64,000 bases of DNA from Bispira polyomma (GCA_965649765.1 OZ287755.1:23188001-23252000); one strand, 5' to 3'; numbered from the stretch's first letter, positions 23,579 through 37,000 are shown. Made by a program: numbers and translations. The notes: generated from the letters alone by a model not told the origin.

Positions 23579-26387
23579 ACTAGTCTCCAACACAATTCTG
23601 GGTAACCTGGCCTTTAACAGGGTTTCTTCCAACATTTCCCAGCTACAGGAGAGGATATAACCCTTGGAAAATGTATGTTATATAAAAATGTTGTCCTAAA
23701 TTGCATATTAGAAATTAATATTAAATATGTTGTTACAAGCAAAAACATTATTAATTAACAATGGTGTAATGTAAAACAAACATATGTATATACATGTCTT
23801 AACTATGAGTGTGTAGTTTCAGATCACGCGGATCAAGTGATCAAGAGCCATGACCTGCTGCGACCAGCAAACCAGATCCTGGTCGTACTGCATCCGAGTC
23901 AGCTCAAAAATACCTTAATGTACAATTGTATTCGATTTCACTCGATTTGCAACCTCTGTGGTATGTAACAAGGGCTTGTAATATGCAAGCACGTGAGGCC
24001 TAGTGAGTTAATGGTGCATCTCTACAGGAGTTTTTACGGGACAGTAATTTAAGATGTGCTTTTAGTTTATTTTTTAGTCTATTAGCTAGAACAAGGTTGC
24101 TTTTATTTCTTTTCCTTGTTATCTTTGCTTATCATTTTACACTTTATTTTACTTTACTCTTGTTATGTGCTGTCTTTTTAATTATTCATATACTCAAAAT
24201 ACTATATTCATGTTATTCCAGACTAAGGTCACCTCTTTTCTAAACTTAAACTCAAAATTAATCTAAACCTTTAAGGTTACCCTAATTTAAATCACCATCT
24301 TAATTTAAGATGGCCTCAAACTTATCATCTAGTACCTTATGCTAAGATTACCTCAAACTAAAATCTTTCACTTTAGGGTAACTTTAATATTTTATCCTAA
24401 CTTAATAGTTTAAGGTTGACCTTTCGACCACCTTAAACTTTGGTGACCTTAGTCTGCCAGTTTGTAAATAAAGTAAATTAACCATTTGAATAAACTAATT
24501 TCCCCAATGGCTATTTTTACTGTCTTACCTGCAATCCAAGATCACCTTAGGGCACTGGTAATGACATAAAAGTTTGTTGGAAACAATTAATCAGTCTGTT
24601 TAATCACAATGTTGCTCTAACCGGTATATGTTCACACATTCATTTAATGCAAGTCCAGTAATTGAATCAGTAAAACTTTTAATAAGTCAGAAAGAAGATG
24701 GACTGATTGATATATATTCGGAAAACATAATTCATGCCTGTCATATACTTTACGTGTTCTTGAGTTAGTTGTTTAATTCTATGCTAACACATTTATATTC
24801 TCCTGAGAATTTCACAACCTTAGTTATTATACCAATACCTAAAAAAAGAATAAGTCGATCAATGATTCAGGTCATTACAGTGATCTTGCTTTAAGTAGTT
24901 TTATGTTAGATTCTTGAAGTGTTAATTATAAAGGTTAATGTAAGTGTTTTCAAATCTTGTGAACTCTAAAAATAATAATGTAATCATCAAAAGAGTAGAT
25001 AGTGTAGTGCACCATCATTGGTCCTCCCAAAACAAACGTGTGTGATATTTCTGAAGGCATCTAACATTTATATTATCACTTAATAGCATATTAAATGTAC
25101 TCACGCATTCTCATGTAAATGTTACAAATAAACTGTTTCAAAGTTTTTGCATGCCATTATATGGTAGTTTTTTATAGGATTTTGAAACTAGTATTATGAT
25201 AAAGTTCTACACAGAATAAAGGAGGGAAAAACGAAGATTATTTAATGTATGACATGAAACTGTTCCTATTTATATACAAATGTATAAAAATGTGAATGAG
25301 TTTATTCATGGTGTAAACTGTAGTGAGAACAAATGTGTAGGCCTAGCATTAAAGCTAGTCTACTAAGGTACTGGTGTAAGCTGTAGTGAGAACAAATGTG
25401 TAGGCCTAGCATTAAAGCTAGTCTCACTAAGGCACTGGTGCTACAAATTGTAAAAATACCAATCATAGAGCACGTGGGTTAGAAGTGCAGTCGAGAAATG
25501 ATATGTAAAGTTCCATTATATTTTAATATGCTAGTAATAAATACATACAAGTATATGAGTGTAATACTGCTGAAGATAATACTATAGTTGGTAATATTAA
25601 AGACATGTTAAATATACATGATGTATAAACCACACCCTATTTTTGACAGCAGGGATTAATGAGTTGTTATCATACCTCTGTATTCATTAATGCTCTATGC
25701 AAGTGTCTTCCATGTGATTTTGTTTTGGGTTTTTTTTTCCATTTTTTGGTAAATATAAAATTTAATTTCATGTTAAAATGTAAACACTGTTATTGAACTC
25801 TGTGTACAAATTACATAAAATAATAAATCTATCCAGGGGCTAAAACATGGTCACACTTGGAATGTGTGAAGGGGACTACCTCAATACAGAAGGTCTCTGA
25901 TACAGATTTGGGGTACTGCATGTCTTGTCATAATGATATGAGAGTGCAGTATATGTAGTCATAATGAACAGTAGTCAAAAATGGTTGATAATATAATTTG
26001 ATTAGTGCCAGACAGAGACCTGTAAGAAGTTTGATAAGTTTGGAAACTAGATGCTGTTTGGGATGTATTTATTTCTATCTACTGCCTCTATGTACAACTA
26101 TACAATTAAAATTTTAGTTAAAATTTTAAAAATGCCAATATGGCTACATAATAAATGACAAAACAAGAGTGTGTAAATGCCAATATGGCTACATAATAAA
26201 TTACAAAACAAGAGTATGTTATGCGAAATGTAAAGGGACAAAAAGGTCCCGAAAGAACAACATAAAAGTTGAACACAAGAATACCCAGGATGACTGAGAT
26301 TGTTAAAATTGTTCATAAAAGCTGAAGGAAATTGTATATATGAGCTTGTGTGTATATGAATCTTAAGTTCCTCACTATCTCTGACCA

Positions 26388-26549
26388 GACTCAACCTCCA
26401 AGGTCAGAACCCCGGTCCTGCGGCACCTAATCGCCTAGCAGTGAAGGTTCCCAGCTGCAGAGCTTTAATCCCCGGTAGCCCACACCGAGGGGTAGTTGCG
26501 AGCTGAGAACCAGCACCACACGGACCGAGGTTCGAACCCAGGTGGAGTC
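26388..26549 (-). ncRNA. Putative conserved structured RNA element in the A2-B2 spacer of E3
   Basis: Homolog of 4731-4888; closing stem gactc/gagtc; GCGA tetraloop. Confidence 0.6.
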
Positions 26550-26987
26550 ACATGGGCAAGTGAGATTATAATTTTTGGGTGGAGGGTTGGGAAAAAGACG
26601 TGTTGCTTACTTAACTTGCAACTTAATAATGCCTTTCTATGATAAAAGGGTGGCAAGGAGTTTACTCTGAAGGAAGGTGATTGGTTGCCTGGTTTAAATG
26701 ACCTAAAGTCTGATTGGGATAGCTAGGTAAACACTTCTTAAGGAGGGTTTTACAGTAAAGTATTCAATTTTTGCTACTGACTTGCCATGCTATACTAGCA
26801 GTGACATCAACAGTAGTCAAAAATGGTTGATAATATAATTTGATTAGTGCCAGACAGAGACCTGTAAGAAGTTTGATAAGTTTGGAAACTAGATGCTGTT
26901 TGGGATGTATTTATTTCTATCTACTGCCTCTATGTACAACTATACAATTAAAATTTTAGTTAAAATTTTAAAAATGCCAAAGCCAAA

Positions 26988-27967
26988 TTAGAAAGTAGAG
27001 GAGACAATGGAGGAAAAAGTGGAGGGGATGATAGAGGCTGCATGAGAGGTGGATTGTAAATATGACTAGACAGCATCGGATTTCCAGCACCCATGTTTTT
27101 GTATATCTTGAAGTTTAACATTAGAATTAAAGGCTAGAGAGGCTCCAGAGCGACGGAAGCAGTGAAATGAATGACCTATGTGTGGAATGTCAAGGTGAGT
27201 GAGGATGTTCTTGAGTGTAAGCCTAAGCTTGGTGTCTGATAAGCAGTTTCCTCTATCACATGGGTTGGCCAGTAATGGGGCCATGGAGTGTAAAGGGTAT
27301 TTGTTAAATAAAGCTGTGGCAGCTCTGACAGGACATAGCCAGGGGTTTGATAAGGAAGGTAGTTGAATGATGTCTGGATTTGTCCTACTTTGGTTAGTTT
27401 TACTCCATTTAAGGATAAGGTGAATACCTGGTGGGGCGAATACTATGTCTGCCCTTGTGAGGTGTCTTGTAGGGTCAAAAAGTGAACCGGAAGTAGTAGT
27501 AAGATTGGAAATTCTGAGGAACCCAAAGAAGGCGAAAAGAAAAGCTGTCCTGTATAGCTCAGGGAAATGAAGTAAATCACAAGCTTGTGAAATTTTTTCA
27601 AGTTGTAGTAAGTCAAACACTCCCTTTATTCTGGGGGTGTATTTAGAGGTGAGTTCTAAGGACCTAGTGTACAAGGTCAGTCTGGGGTCATAAAGACCTG
27701 TGTGTAGTATATTCAATAGTTTGGCATTGTGTCTTAGAGCTGATATGTAATTTGCAATCACTTTGTGGGATTTCCCTGTTTGATTCAGGAACTCTAGAAA
27801 TGCCAAAATGGTGTTGAAACTGAAGGTATGATGTAGATCATAATATACAGTGAAGGCTAAAAAGAGTCTGAATTGGCTGTTGTATTGTCTCTGAGTTCTA
27901 GGTCTGTGGCTCTGTCGTAATCTTGTGAGGGCACCTTGGATCAGTGAATTTGCTGAGTCAGAAGTGC
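26988..27967 (-). pseudogene. E3 tyrosine recombinase with a premature stop (W->TAG at 27066-27068) before the catalytic Tyr
   Basis: FLRISNL, LKWSK, HCFRR, HGCW, then DAV*SYL. The frame continues to TAA at 26988 and is open upstream to the acceptor at 27968. Confidence 0.87.
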
Positions 27968-27973
27968 CTGAAA

Positions 27974-30553
27974 TTATAAATAAGTATCTAATGTAAAAAA
28001 GTTAAGAGGAATGTTATGCATGGTGAAGCTGTGAGTGATGGTTGCCCTTATGTGTTCACCCCCCGTGTCGAGTTCATACCATCGCGAAAGTGCGTCAGCA
28101 ATGATATTTTCCTTACCTGGGATGTGACTAATGACAAGGTCAATGTTTTCTGCTGCACAAATTTGCCAAATATTCCTTAAACATAGTCCTAAGTAAGTGT
28201 CCTTGGTTTTTGATGACTGCACTACAGCCACCACGGCCATGTTATCTGACTGTACCTTAACTTTTTTGTTTTTCCATCTGTGACCCCATAGTTTGAGAGC
28301 AATTAAAATGCTCACCATTTCAAAATGTACGATTGATAAAGTATGAGACATGAAGAGAGGAAGGGGAGTTTTAAACACGTTTCTGTTCCATATACCTCCA
28401 ATGCCAGATAAACAAGCGTCAACTTGTAGTAGGGCGTCGTGTGGCTTGTTTATGTAGTTATAAGTAGTAGTACCGTTAAACTGTAAAAGAAATGTTACAA
28501 ACCAGGCGAGGTCTTGGTGGAAATCCATATTCAAGATGACTGTGTTACTGCTAGTGGATTGTCGTAGTAATGCTAGCATCCGATTCATGAATATACGAGA
28601 GGGTTTAATACACCGGTGAATGTAAAGGAGTTTTCCTAATAGCGACTGGTATTTTTGTTTATGTACTTTATTTAGTTATTTAAACCCAAGACAGGTATCA
28701 TAAATGGAAATCAATTTATCCTCATCAATACTGAGAGTTTCGTTGGTGATATCAATGGTAATGCCCATACAAGTGACACGTTTACTGGGGGGGACTAGCT
28801 TTTTTGCGTTTATGGGGAGGCCTAGATCTGTGAGAATTTCTTGCAAAGTATTGTAAGCTAAGGTAGCCCTATCTTCAGATTCTATGAGTATGAAGTCATC
28901 GATGTAGTTGTATACTGTGAAGCCTTTAAGTTTCATAATATAAGTCACGCAATCTGAGGCCATCATAAAGACTGCTGTGCCATGAGTTAAGCCAAAAGTC
29001 AAGGTTAAATCTATATAATAATTATTTTTCCAAAAATATCCGAGTTTAAGGCAATCATAGGGGTCAATTCTGATATTTCGAAATGCGTGGGAAATGTCCA
29101 CTTTTGCTAAGGTGGCCTTAGGTCCAATAGTCAAGATTTGAGAAGTTATTTGATCAATAGATGGAAGTTTTAGGTTGAAGTCTATGTGGTCATACTTTGT
29201 TTTTACAGTACAATCATTCACGGATTGGCCTGTAGGGTGAGATAAATCTAAGACTAACCTACGTTGGTCAACGTCCTTGGGAACTGTCAATAAGGGAGAA
29301 CAGTGTAAATCTGGATGTAAGTTATCGTTAATGGGGCCAATTATGGTACCTCTGTCGACCTCAGTGATGAAATATTTGTCTATTGCCTGAGGGAAAGCTT
29401 TGGCTGAGTAATGATTTTTGACATTTGTGACGTGTAGTCGGTCCCTGTCGTATAAGGAAATGGGGAATCCGAATTCTACATACTGTAACATGATTTTGTC
29501 TGGGTAGTCAACCAAATACTCTTTCCATTTAGCTACGTTGAGGTTGCTCTTAAGTGGTATACGTGCTGATTTATAGTTGGGGACCTTAGTGGTTTTAATG
29601 ATGTTGGCAACTTCTACCAGTTTGCCATACGAGTCAATGTTGACCTCTTGTCTAACAGGACCCATAAAGGTAAAGTTGTTATATCTGTGTGGAGTGTAAC
29701 CAAAAGGTTTGTGTGTGTTGGCTAAAGTGTCCCCCTGTGTGTTGTTGTTCTTGGGAAGTACATGTGAACATTGTTGTGAAACTGCCTGAGTCATAACGAC
29801 CTCATGATCTGTACAGTGTGTGTGTGTGACAGTAGTATGAGGGTTGTGAGTGTGCAAGTTGTGTGATGGCATTACAAGTTCTACAGTAGTTGTTTTTGCT
29901 TGTGTGAGTGTCTGTTCATCACGTCTACATAAGCTGTCAATGATGTCATTGTAATACAAACTGCTACCTAATTTAGTACGTGTGTGTGAGAGTTGTTTGT
30001 CTAATCTCGGTTTTGTGAGTTTCTTTACTTGGGGGAAGTTCCTGCCTAATTCTGAGATGTGCATAGAGCAAGAGTAAGTTATGGGCCAAATGTGTTCTAA
30101 TGACCAATCAGATAGTTGGAATGTCCAGCTATCTTGTACAAAGTTGCACACATAAACGCCCGACAGAGATGTATCTTGGCGACATACTAGGTAACAAAGG
30201 TTTAACGTATTACAGCCATGTTGACTGTTACTGAGATATATATCACAAAGTTTAGAGTCACAATGTAAACTGTTATCAGCTGTATATGTGATAACATTGT
30301 CTATAGTGCCTGGGTAGGCGGTTAAACTTGCATTAGTATTTTTAACTTGATCGTTGTCAACACTTGAAATAATAGAATGATTACAGTCTGATGAAGTCTG
30401 TGACCTGTTAATCTTACTGTCTACAGAGAATTGTTCGATATTACTGTTCTCAACACTAACGCTTAAACTGGATATAAAATTAGGGTTCTCATAATCGTCT
30501 ACCTTATAAATTTGCTTAGAAGTACTATTAATCTCATCATTCTTCAGGCTCAT
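27974..30553 (-). pseudogene. E3 pol (RT/RNase H) with one in-frame stop at 28676-28678
   Basis: ORFs 28676-30553 and 27974-28588 share a frame; KVDISHAF, YIDD, VDAC, SDN, HIPGKENIIADALSR. Confidence 0.88.
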
Positions 30554-30616
30554 ACAATAAACATGAGGTACATTGAAGTCACAACTGGTGGTGGTGGCTG
30601 TAGGCAGTTGGTGGTC

Positions 30617-31954
30617 CTATTGTGTGTTTGATGTAGGGGTTGGACGCCCATGCAGTTTAAAACATTTTGTCTCCGGATGAGGGTTGGATTTTTTACTAAC
30701 CCGGAAACAGTTGGCACAAATGTGCTTAAAAAGAACGTTATTCCCCTCGTGGTCTTTCTGATGTTGGCATTGGCCTTTCTGAAAGTGCCTGCACGGGATT
30801 TCTTGTTTAGTCGACGCAGAGAGAGTGGTGTTTGTAGACGTGTTGTTGGAGACGAGAGCTTGGGAGTACGAGAGCCTGTTTAGGGTCCACTTCGTTTCAT
30901 TGAGCCAGCTGAGGCGACCTTCCTCGATGTCGTACATGTTGCACGCGTAAGCTCCACGAGCTATCTGCCAGGATATGTTTGAGGCGTCTCTGAGAGTATC
31001 TGCCAACTGAGTGAGCATTGCTCTGGAGATAGATTGATTCTGGACCTCTAAAATATTTTGAATTTGTCCGGCAGCGAATTGTGGGATGGTAAGGTCGTCG
31101 AAAGAAACACGTTTTTTATTTATACCTGAGAAGCAAGCCTCATTGGGCCAGTGTTTCATCGGATCAGAGACACACACATCTGAGACATTGTAACGACCAG
31201 ACTTTTTCTTGGTGGCAAGCTTACCTTGTAAGCCTTCGTCCGCAGCCCAGGCCTCATAACGTGCTAAGCGGAGAGATACTTCATTTTGTATTAAGGAGGA
31301 CTGCTTGAGGACATCTGGTGTCGGTAAGATGGCGTCCTGTAGTGCTCGCTGTGTGTTGTCAGTGTTAGTAACTCTCTGTGGTTGCATCTGACCTGCTATG
31401 TGAGATTGAGCGTGAGGCTGAGGTAGAGGGTGAGATGTGTAGGTGAGCGATGAAAGATCCCTGTGTGCTTCATAGCCTGGTAAACTAAGTGATGCTGGGT
31501 GTACTGGTGTCGTGTGAGGTGGGTCTTGAAGAATTTGCATGTTGTTTCCTGGGTTGTGAAGCCGAGGAGTGACTGTAGGACGAGCTGACGGGGTCGTTAC
31601 TGACGGCCTTACCATGGGTAACTGAAGAACCGGGGTCTCGGATTGCTTAGCTTTAAGGTCAGAAATGTCCTCTTGTAACTTTGACACAGTAGTAAGTAAT
31701 GTTTGCATCATGGCTTGCTGCCTGCTATGTATGTCACGGTAAAAATTTTCGGAACTTACTTTATCAGAGCAGTTACTGATGGAGTCGCTGTCAAGGTTAT
31801 TTTCTGCTTCCAAATCTTGGTCTGGTAAGGGTTCTTCTTCAGAAGATACAATGACTCTGTTGCATCTAGTCCCGACTGGGCGAGTATGCGAAATGTCACA
31901 TCTCGAGCACATAGCTACATTCACGGCGGGTTGTCTTTTTTTACCTCTGCCCAT
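30617..31954 (-). CDS. E3 gag-like ORF1 (intact, 445 aa)
   Basis: N-terminal CSRC..H...C; IEEGRLSW; C-terminal CRHFQKGQC.H..H..HICANC..H..C; first ORF after A1. Confidence 0.85.
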   Translation of the reverse strand: MGRGKKRQPAVNVAMCSRCDISHTRPVGTRCNRVIVSSEEEPLPDQDLEAENNLDSDSISNCSDKVSSENFYRDIHSRQQAMMQTLLTTVSKLQEDISDLKAKQSETPVLQLPMVRPSVTTPSARPTVTPRLHNPGNNMQILQDPPHTTPVHPASLSLPGYEAHRDLSSLTYTSHPLPQPHAQSHIAGQMQPQRVTNTDNTQRALQDAILPTPDVLKQSSLIQNEVSLRLARYEAWAADEGLQGKLATKKKSGRYNVSDVCVSDPMKHWPNEACFSGINKKRVSFDDLTIPQFAAGQIQNILEVQNQSISRAMLTQLADTLRDASNISWQIARGAYACNMYDIEEGRLSWLNETKWTLNRLSYSQALVSNNTSTNTTLSASTKQEIPCRHFQKGQCQHQKDHEGNNVLFKHICANCFRVSKKSNPHPETKCFKLHGRPTPTSNTQ

Positions 31955-32839
31955 TTTGACACTTAATCCAGGAGTAAAAGCACCACGGGTGAAACTATAA
32001 TATGTCTATAATGGTTATGCACTAAAAACACGTAAAAACTAGATGTAAAACGAGTGGGAACATACAATTTAACAAAGTTTTCCTCCCACAAAAATTTAAA
32101 ATCCAATATGGCCGCTTCTAGGCTCACAAAAAGACGTGTTGCTTACTTAACTTGCAACTTAATAATGCCTTTCTATGATAAAAGGGCGGCAAGGAGTTTA
32201 CTCTGAAGGAAGGTGATTGGTTGCCTGGTTTAAATGACCTAAAGTCTGATTGGGATAGCTAGGTAAACACTTCTTAAGGAGGGTTTTACAGTAAAGTATT
32301 CAATTTTTGCTACTGACTTGCCATGCTATACTAGCAGTGACATCAACATGCCCATTAGAAGTAATTTAACATTTACAATGTACCTATATAAAGAGTCCAC
32401 TGCAAACAGTCTATATATGCGACATTCTTCAAATAGAATACGATAAAATGCATTACGCATTATCAGAAAACAAGCTATACTGAAGAAGATTTTTGTAAAA
32501 TTGGCAGACATATCAAATAAATCTTTACCTCAAATGGCTGCCTGAATGAAAACAAAGTGAAACCGGTGTAGTCTATATTTAGAACAAACATGAAGTGGAA
32601 ATATACTGGAAGATCAATGATGTCATCAAGCATGGCTGCATATATCGACTGTGTACATAAACTGGTGCCTACAGACGTGGTATGCTTGTGTCGGTGTCTA
32701 TGCCTCCATTTGTGTTTAGGGATCGTTACTTACATGTAGCAGACAACATAAACTACTGAGGAATTGAGAAAAGGAATAACTTGAATGACTTGAAGGTAGA
32801 ATTTAATATATACTTATCAATAACCTTTGAAAATTTGTG

Positions 32840-33344
32840 GGTGTATTCACATTTTACACTAGTGACTAATGTAGGTGTATTCATATTTTACACCAATGAC
32901 TAATGTAGGTGTATTCACATTTTAAACCAGTGACTAATGTAGGTGTATTCACATTTTACACTAGTGACTAATGTAGGTGTATTCATATTTTACACCAATG
33001 ACTAATGTAAGTGTATTCACATTTTACACCAGTGACTAATGTAGGTGTATTCACATTTTACACCCGTGACTAATGTACTTTTATTCACATTTTACACCAG
33101 TGACTAATGTAGGTGTATTCACATTTTACACCAGTGACTAATGTAGGTGTATTCACATTTTACACCAGTGACTAATGTAGGTGTATTCACATTTTACACC
33201 AGTGACTAATGTAGGTGTATTCACATTTTACACCGGTGACTAATGTAGGTGTATTCACATTTTACACAAGTAACTAATGTAAGTGTATTTACACTTACAC
33301 TAGTGACTAATGTAGGTCTTTTCACATTTTACACTAGTGACTAA
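32840..33344. repeat. 34-bp minisatellite, ~15 copies
   Basis: Unit ggtgtattcacattttacaccagtgactaatgta, with no spacers. Confidence 0.92.
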
Positions 33345-34089
33345 GCACTTTTTGATATTTGTGTGTAAATGAGTGAGTTGGAAAAGATAATTTCAAAGTT
33401 TAAAACCTGAAAAGGTATTACATATTAAACTTTTATAATATTTGCTGTTTGATACACGTATTTGAGGTATTTTAGGTTTTTGTTATATAGTCCTGTTCTT
33501 AATTCCGGGGGTTATAATGAAATTAAATAAATTCTAAATTTATAATAGAATTGGAATTTTTATAATGTACATTAAAGATAGGCCTGTTCATTGTGTTTTT
33601 GCATTTTTCGGCCTTATAGGTTTATATATTTTTGTGCATTATTTTCACCAATTTCCTTAAAATCGAAGAATGAAGAGAATGCTATAGTAAAATACCCTAA
33701 CTGGATAAATGAACATTCAAAATCATGTTTTGCATGATAAAACAAGACATTGAAGCTAAAAACTATTTAAAATCGTATTCCAGACAAAAATTTTCCTTGT
33801 TGTGTTGGAATCTTGCCACTTTGTAATAATACAAGTCAGTATAATAAAATATTTTATAAAATTATTCATGTTTTACAATATAAGTTTCTGTTCTCTTGTT
33901 TGTATGCCACCTTTCAGCAACTTCTACAGTTAGCATACAATCTGGTGAGAACCAGCTACACACATAGACACACAGGGGAGCATAGGAACATAGACTAACA
34001 CAGATAGCCACAAAGACTGTGTCAGACAGACGTGTGGGCACACACACAGAGACATACAGAGATCTAGACACACTGAGGGACACTCAGAC

Positions 34090-37000
34090 ATGAGCACAAA
34101 GGGAGGTGCTACCCCTGAGGACCAGTACCTACTGGTGGCAGCCATAGACTTTGGTACCACCTTTACGGGCTATGCCTACTCCTTCAAGAGTGAGCCAGAC
34201 CTGGTGCGGATGAACAAGAACTGGGGAGCAGCACATGGCTTCCAGTGTCACAAGACCCCCACCACTGTACTCACAGGGCCAGGGGGACGCTTCCAGGCTT
34301 TTGGATTTGAGGCTGAAACAAGGTATACATGGCACTTTGGTGGATAGATACTGGATTTGAGGCTGAAACAAGGTATACATGGCACATTGGTGGATAGATA
34401 CTGGTAGAGTAGTGCATCCAATACACAAAATTAGCCAAATATTCATTACAATCAACACAATTTCACTCTGCTTTCCCTTTAAAGTTCCCTATTTTGTTTT
34501 TTTACCCACCTCTCCTACTGTAGAGATTGGTAAATTACATGCGAATACACCCAGGATATCCACGTCATTGGTAAATGAATATATACATGGAAGATGTCAT
34601 GTTCGTGTTAAGGCTTGAAGTATACAACTGGGCCTGTATTCACTAAAGTTATTATACTTAGAATAAGAATTTTTGATATTCACTAAAGTTCTTATACTTA
34701 GATTTTTTGCTTATTCTTAGAAAAATTTCTAAGAATGAGCTTTAATTCTAAGAATGGTCAAGACCTTACTTAAGTTAAGAAAAAGACATAGGGCCATATG
34801 CACTAAAGTTGTTATACTTAGAATAATTCTTATACTTTGAATAAGAATCATTCTTATACTTAGAATAAGAATCATTCTTATACTTAGAATAAGAATTATT
34901 CTTATACTTAGAAAACTTTCTATTCTAAGAATTTTTTGTTCTTATACTTATATAATAAGAATTTTCTTAGCTAAGAGGTGTCCAAAAGAATGTCATGTCT
35001 TTTTCTTAACTTAAGTAAGGTCTTAACCTTTCTTAGAATGAAAGCTTATTCTTAGAAAATCTTCTAAGAATAAGCAAAATTCTAAGTATAAGAATTTTTC
35101 TAAGAATAATTCTAAGTATAAGAATTATCTAAGAATAATTCTAAGAATTATTCTAAGTATAAGAACTTTATTGAATACCAAAAATTCTTATTCAAAGTAT
35201 GAAAACTTTAGTGAATGCAGCTCCTGACATTCTTATATATTGCTTTACACAATTCTTAGTCAAGAAAATTCTTGTTGTAAGAATAAGTATAACAAAATTC
35301 TTAAACTAGAAAATTTTCTAAGTATAAGAATGATTCTTATTCTAAGTATAAGAATGATTTTTATTCTAAGTATAAGAATGATTCCAAGTATAAGAACTTT
35401 AGTGAATACGGGCCCAGATGTAGTTATTTGTATTTTTGTGTACTTTAGGTATACCGATATCAGCACAGAGGAAGAAAACACAGACAACTACCAACTCTTT
35501 AGACACTTCAAAATGATGCTCTATACACAAAAGGTATGCTTTGTTACAGACTTTGTTACAAACAACGACCAACACTTCAGACACTTCAAAATGATGCTCT
35601 ATACACAAAAGGTATGCTTTGTTACAGACTTTGTTACAAACAACGACCAACACTTCAGACACTTCAAAATGATGCTCTATACACAAAAGGTATGTTTTAT
35701 TACAGACTTTGTTACAAACAACGACCAACACTTTAGACACTTCAAAATAATGCTCTATACACAATAGGTATGCTTTGTTACAGACTTTGTTACAAACAAC
35801 GACCAACATTTCAGACACTTCAAAATGATGCTCTATACACAAAAGGTATGCTTTGTTACAGACTTTGTTACAAACAACGACCAACTCTTTAGACACTTCA
35901 AAATGATGCTCTATACACAAAAGGTATGCTTTGTTACAGACTTTGTTACAAACAACGACCAACACTTCAGACACTTCAAAATGATGCTCTATACACAATA
36001 GGTATGCTTTGTTACAGACTTTGTTACAAACAACAACCAACTCTTTAGACACTTCAAAATGATGCTCCATATACATAAAAGGTATGCTTTGTGATAGTCT
36101 ACACTTCAATGTTACAATGTTATAAAAGCATCTATTAAGGCAAAGCAGACATTTGAACCTGCTGTTGTTCTGCCCAACATGTTGTGTACATATGTGAAAC
36201 AGAATTTTTCAAATGCGAAAACCTTGTAGCTGTGGATAATATCAAGAATGAAAGATTTCAACTGTTAAATATAATTTGAAGTATGATATGACTGCTAAAG
36301 AAATTTTGTCTGAATTAAAACATATGTTTAACATAAATTGTGCTTGTGACCACAATTTGCCCAAGTACAGTGAGCCAGCATCAGTACTGTCATTACCCTA
36401 TAATTGGCTGCACATGGTGCAATTTTCAGTCAGTAACCATTGCGCAATTTTTTTTCTGAGACTGAAAAGTTTAGTCTCATGTGACGGCCATTGTAACAGT
36501 ATCAAAGAAAATAAGGTTTAAACTGTCTAATTGCACTGTAAATTCCTTTTAAAGTAATCAATACAGTAGTTAACATCTTGCAGACATAAAATTGCATCGT
36601 GTCCAACAGATTGTCTCAGACAAATTGTCACCGACGGAAAGTGGCCTTGTGTGTGGCCTACTTAACTGAAGAGAGAGACTTTACGATGATCATTTATCAA
36701 CGTCCCTAAGGTTCCTGGCACGAGAGATGAGGCTCAGTGACAGAGGACTGCCATTTTAAGTGGTTATCTAAGCCACTTTGTGTATGCCTGTACCTGCTTG
36801 CCTCAAGGCTGGAATCAACCCAGACCCACTAGGCCGCAGCTTATCTATAACATATATGAGTGCTACACAGACCTGGTCATCTGTTTACAGCACATTACCA
36901 GGGAGACAGAAATTATGTCAGTAAGTGGTCAGTCTGCCAAGGCCCTGGACATCTTTAGTATGGCTCTACAGTACATCCGAGACCATCTTATAAACTCCAT

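Larger units (their letters stand above)
17467..24557 (+). mobile_element. Tyrosine-recombinase retrotransposon E2 (Ngaro-like), older and degenerate
   Basis: A1 17467-17671, B1 22773-23157, A2 23156-23366, B2 24167-24557. The repeat pairs show several substitutions and indels; gag, pol and YR are all disrupted. Confidence 0.92.
16200..25966 (+). mobile_element. Highly decayed LINE relic interrupted by E2 (segments ~16200-17466 and ~24558-25966)
   Basis: Endonuclease remnants IVGGDFN (~16722) and DHSPVY (~16931); after E2, RT remnants IPIPK..KSINDS (~24830) and a decayed LDASKAF-like motif (~25050). Boundaries are approximate. Confidence 0.5.
25967..32348 (-). mobile_element. Tyrosine-recombinase retrotransposon E3 (Ngaro-like), near-intact
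   Basis: A1 32128-32348, B1 26809-26980, A2 26592-26812, B2 25967-26138, with nearly identical pairs. AACA is present at both ends and at the internal B1/A2 junction. Confidence 0.93.

Noticed and set aside
32840-33344. CRISPR-like 34-bp array
   Set aside because: Head-to-tail repeats with no unique spacers and no cas genes, in eukaryotic context: a minisatellite.
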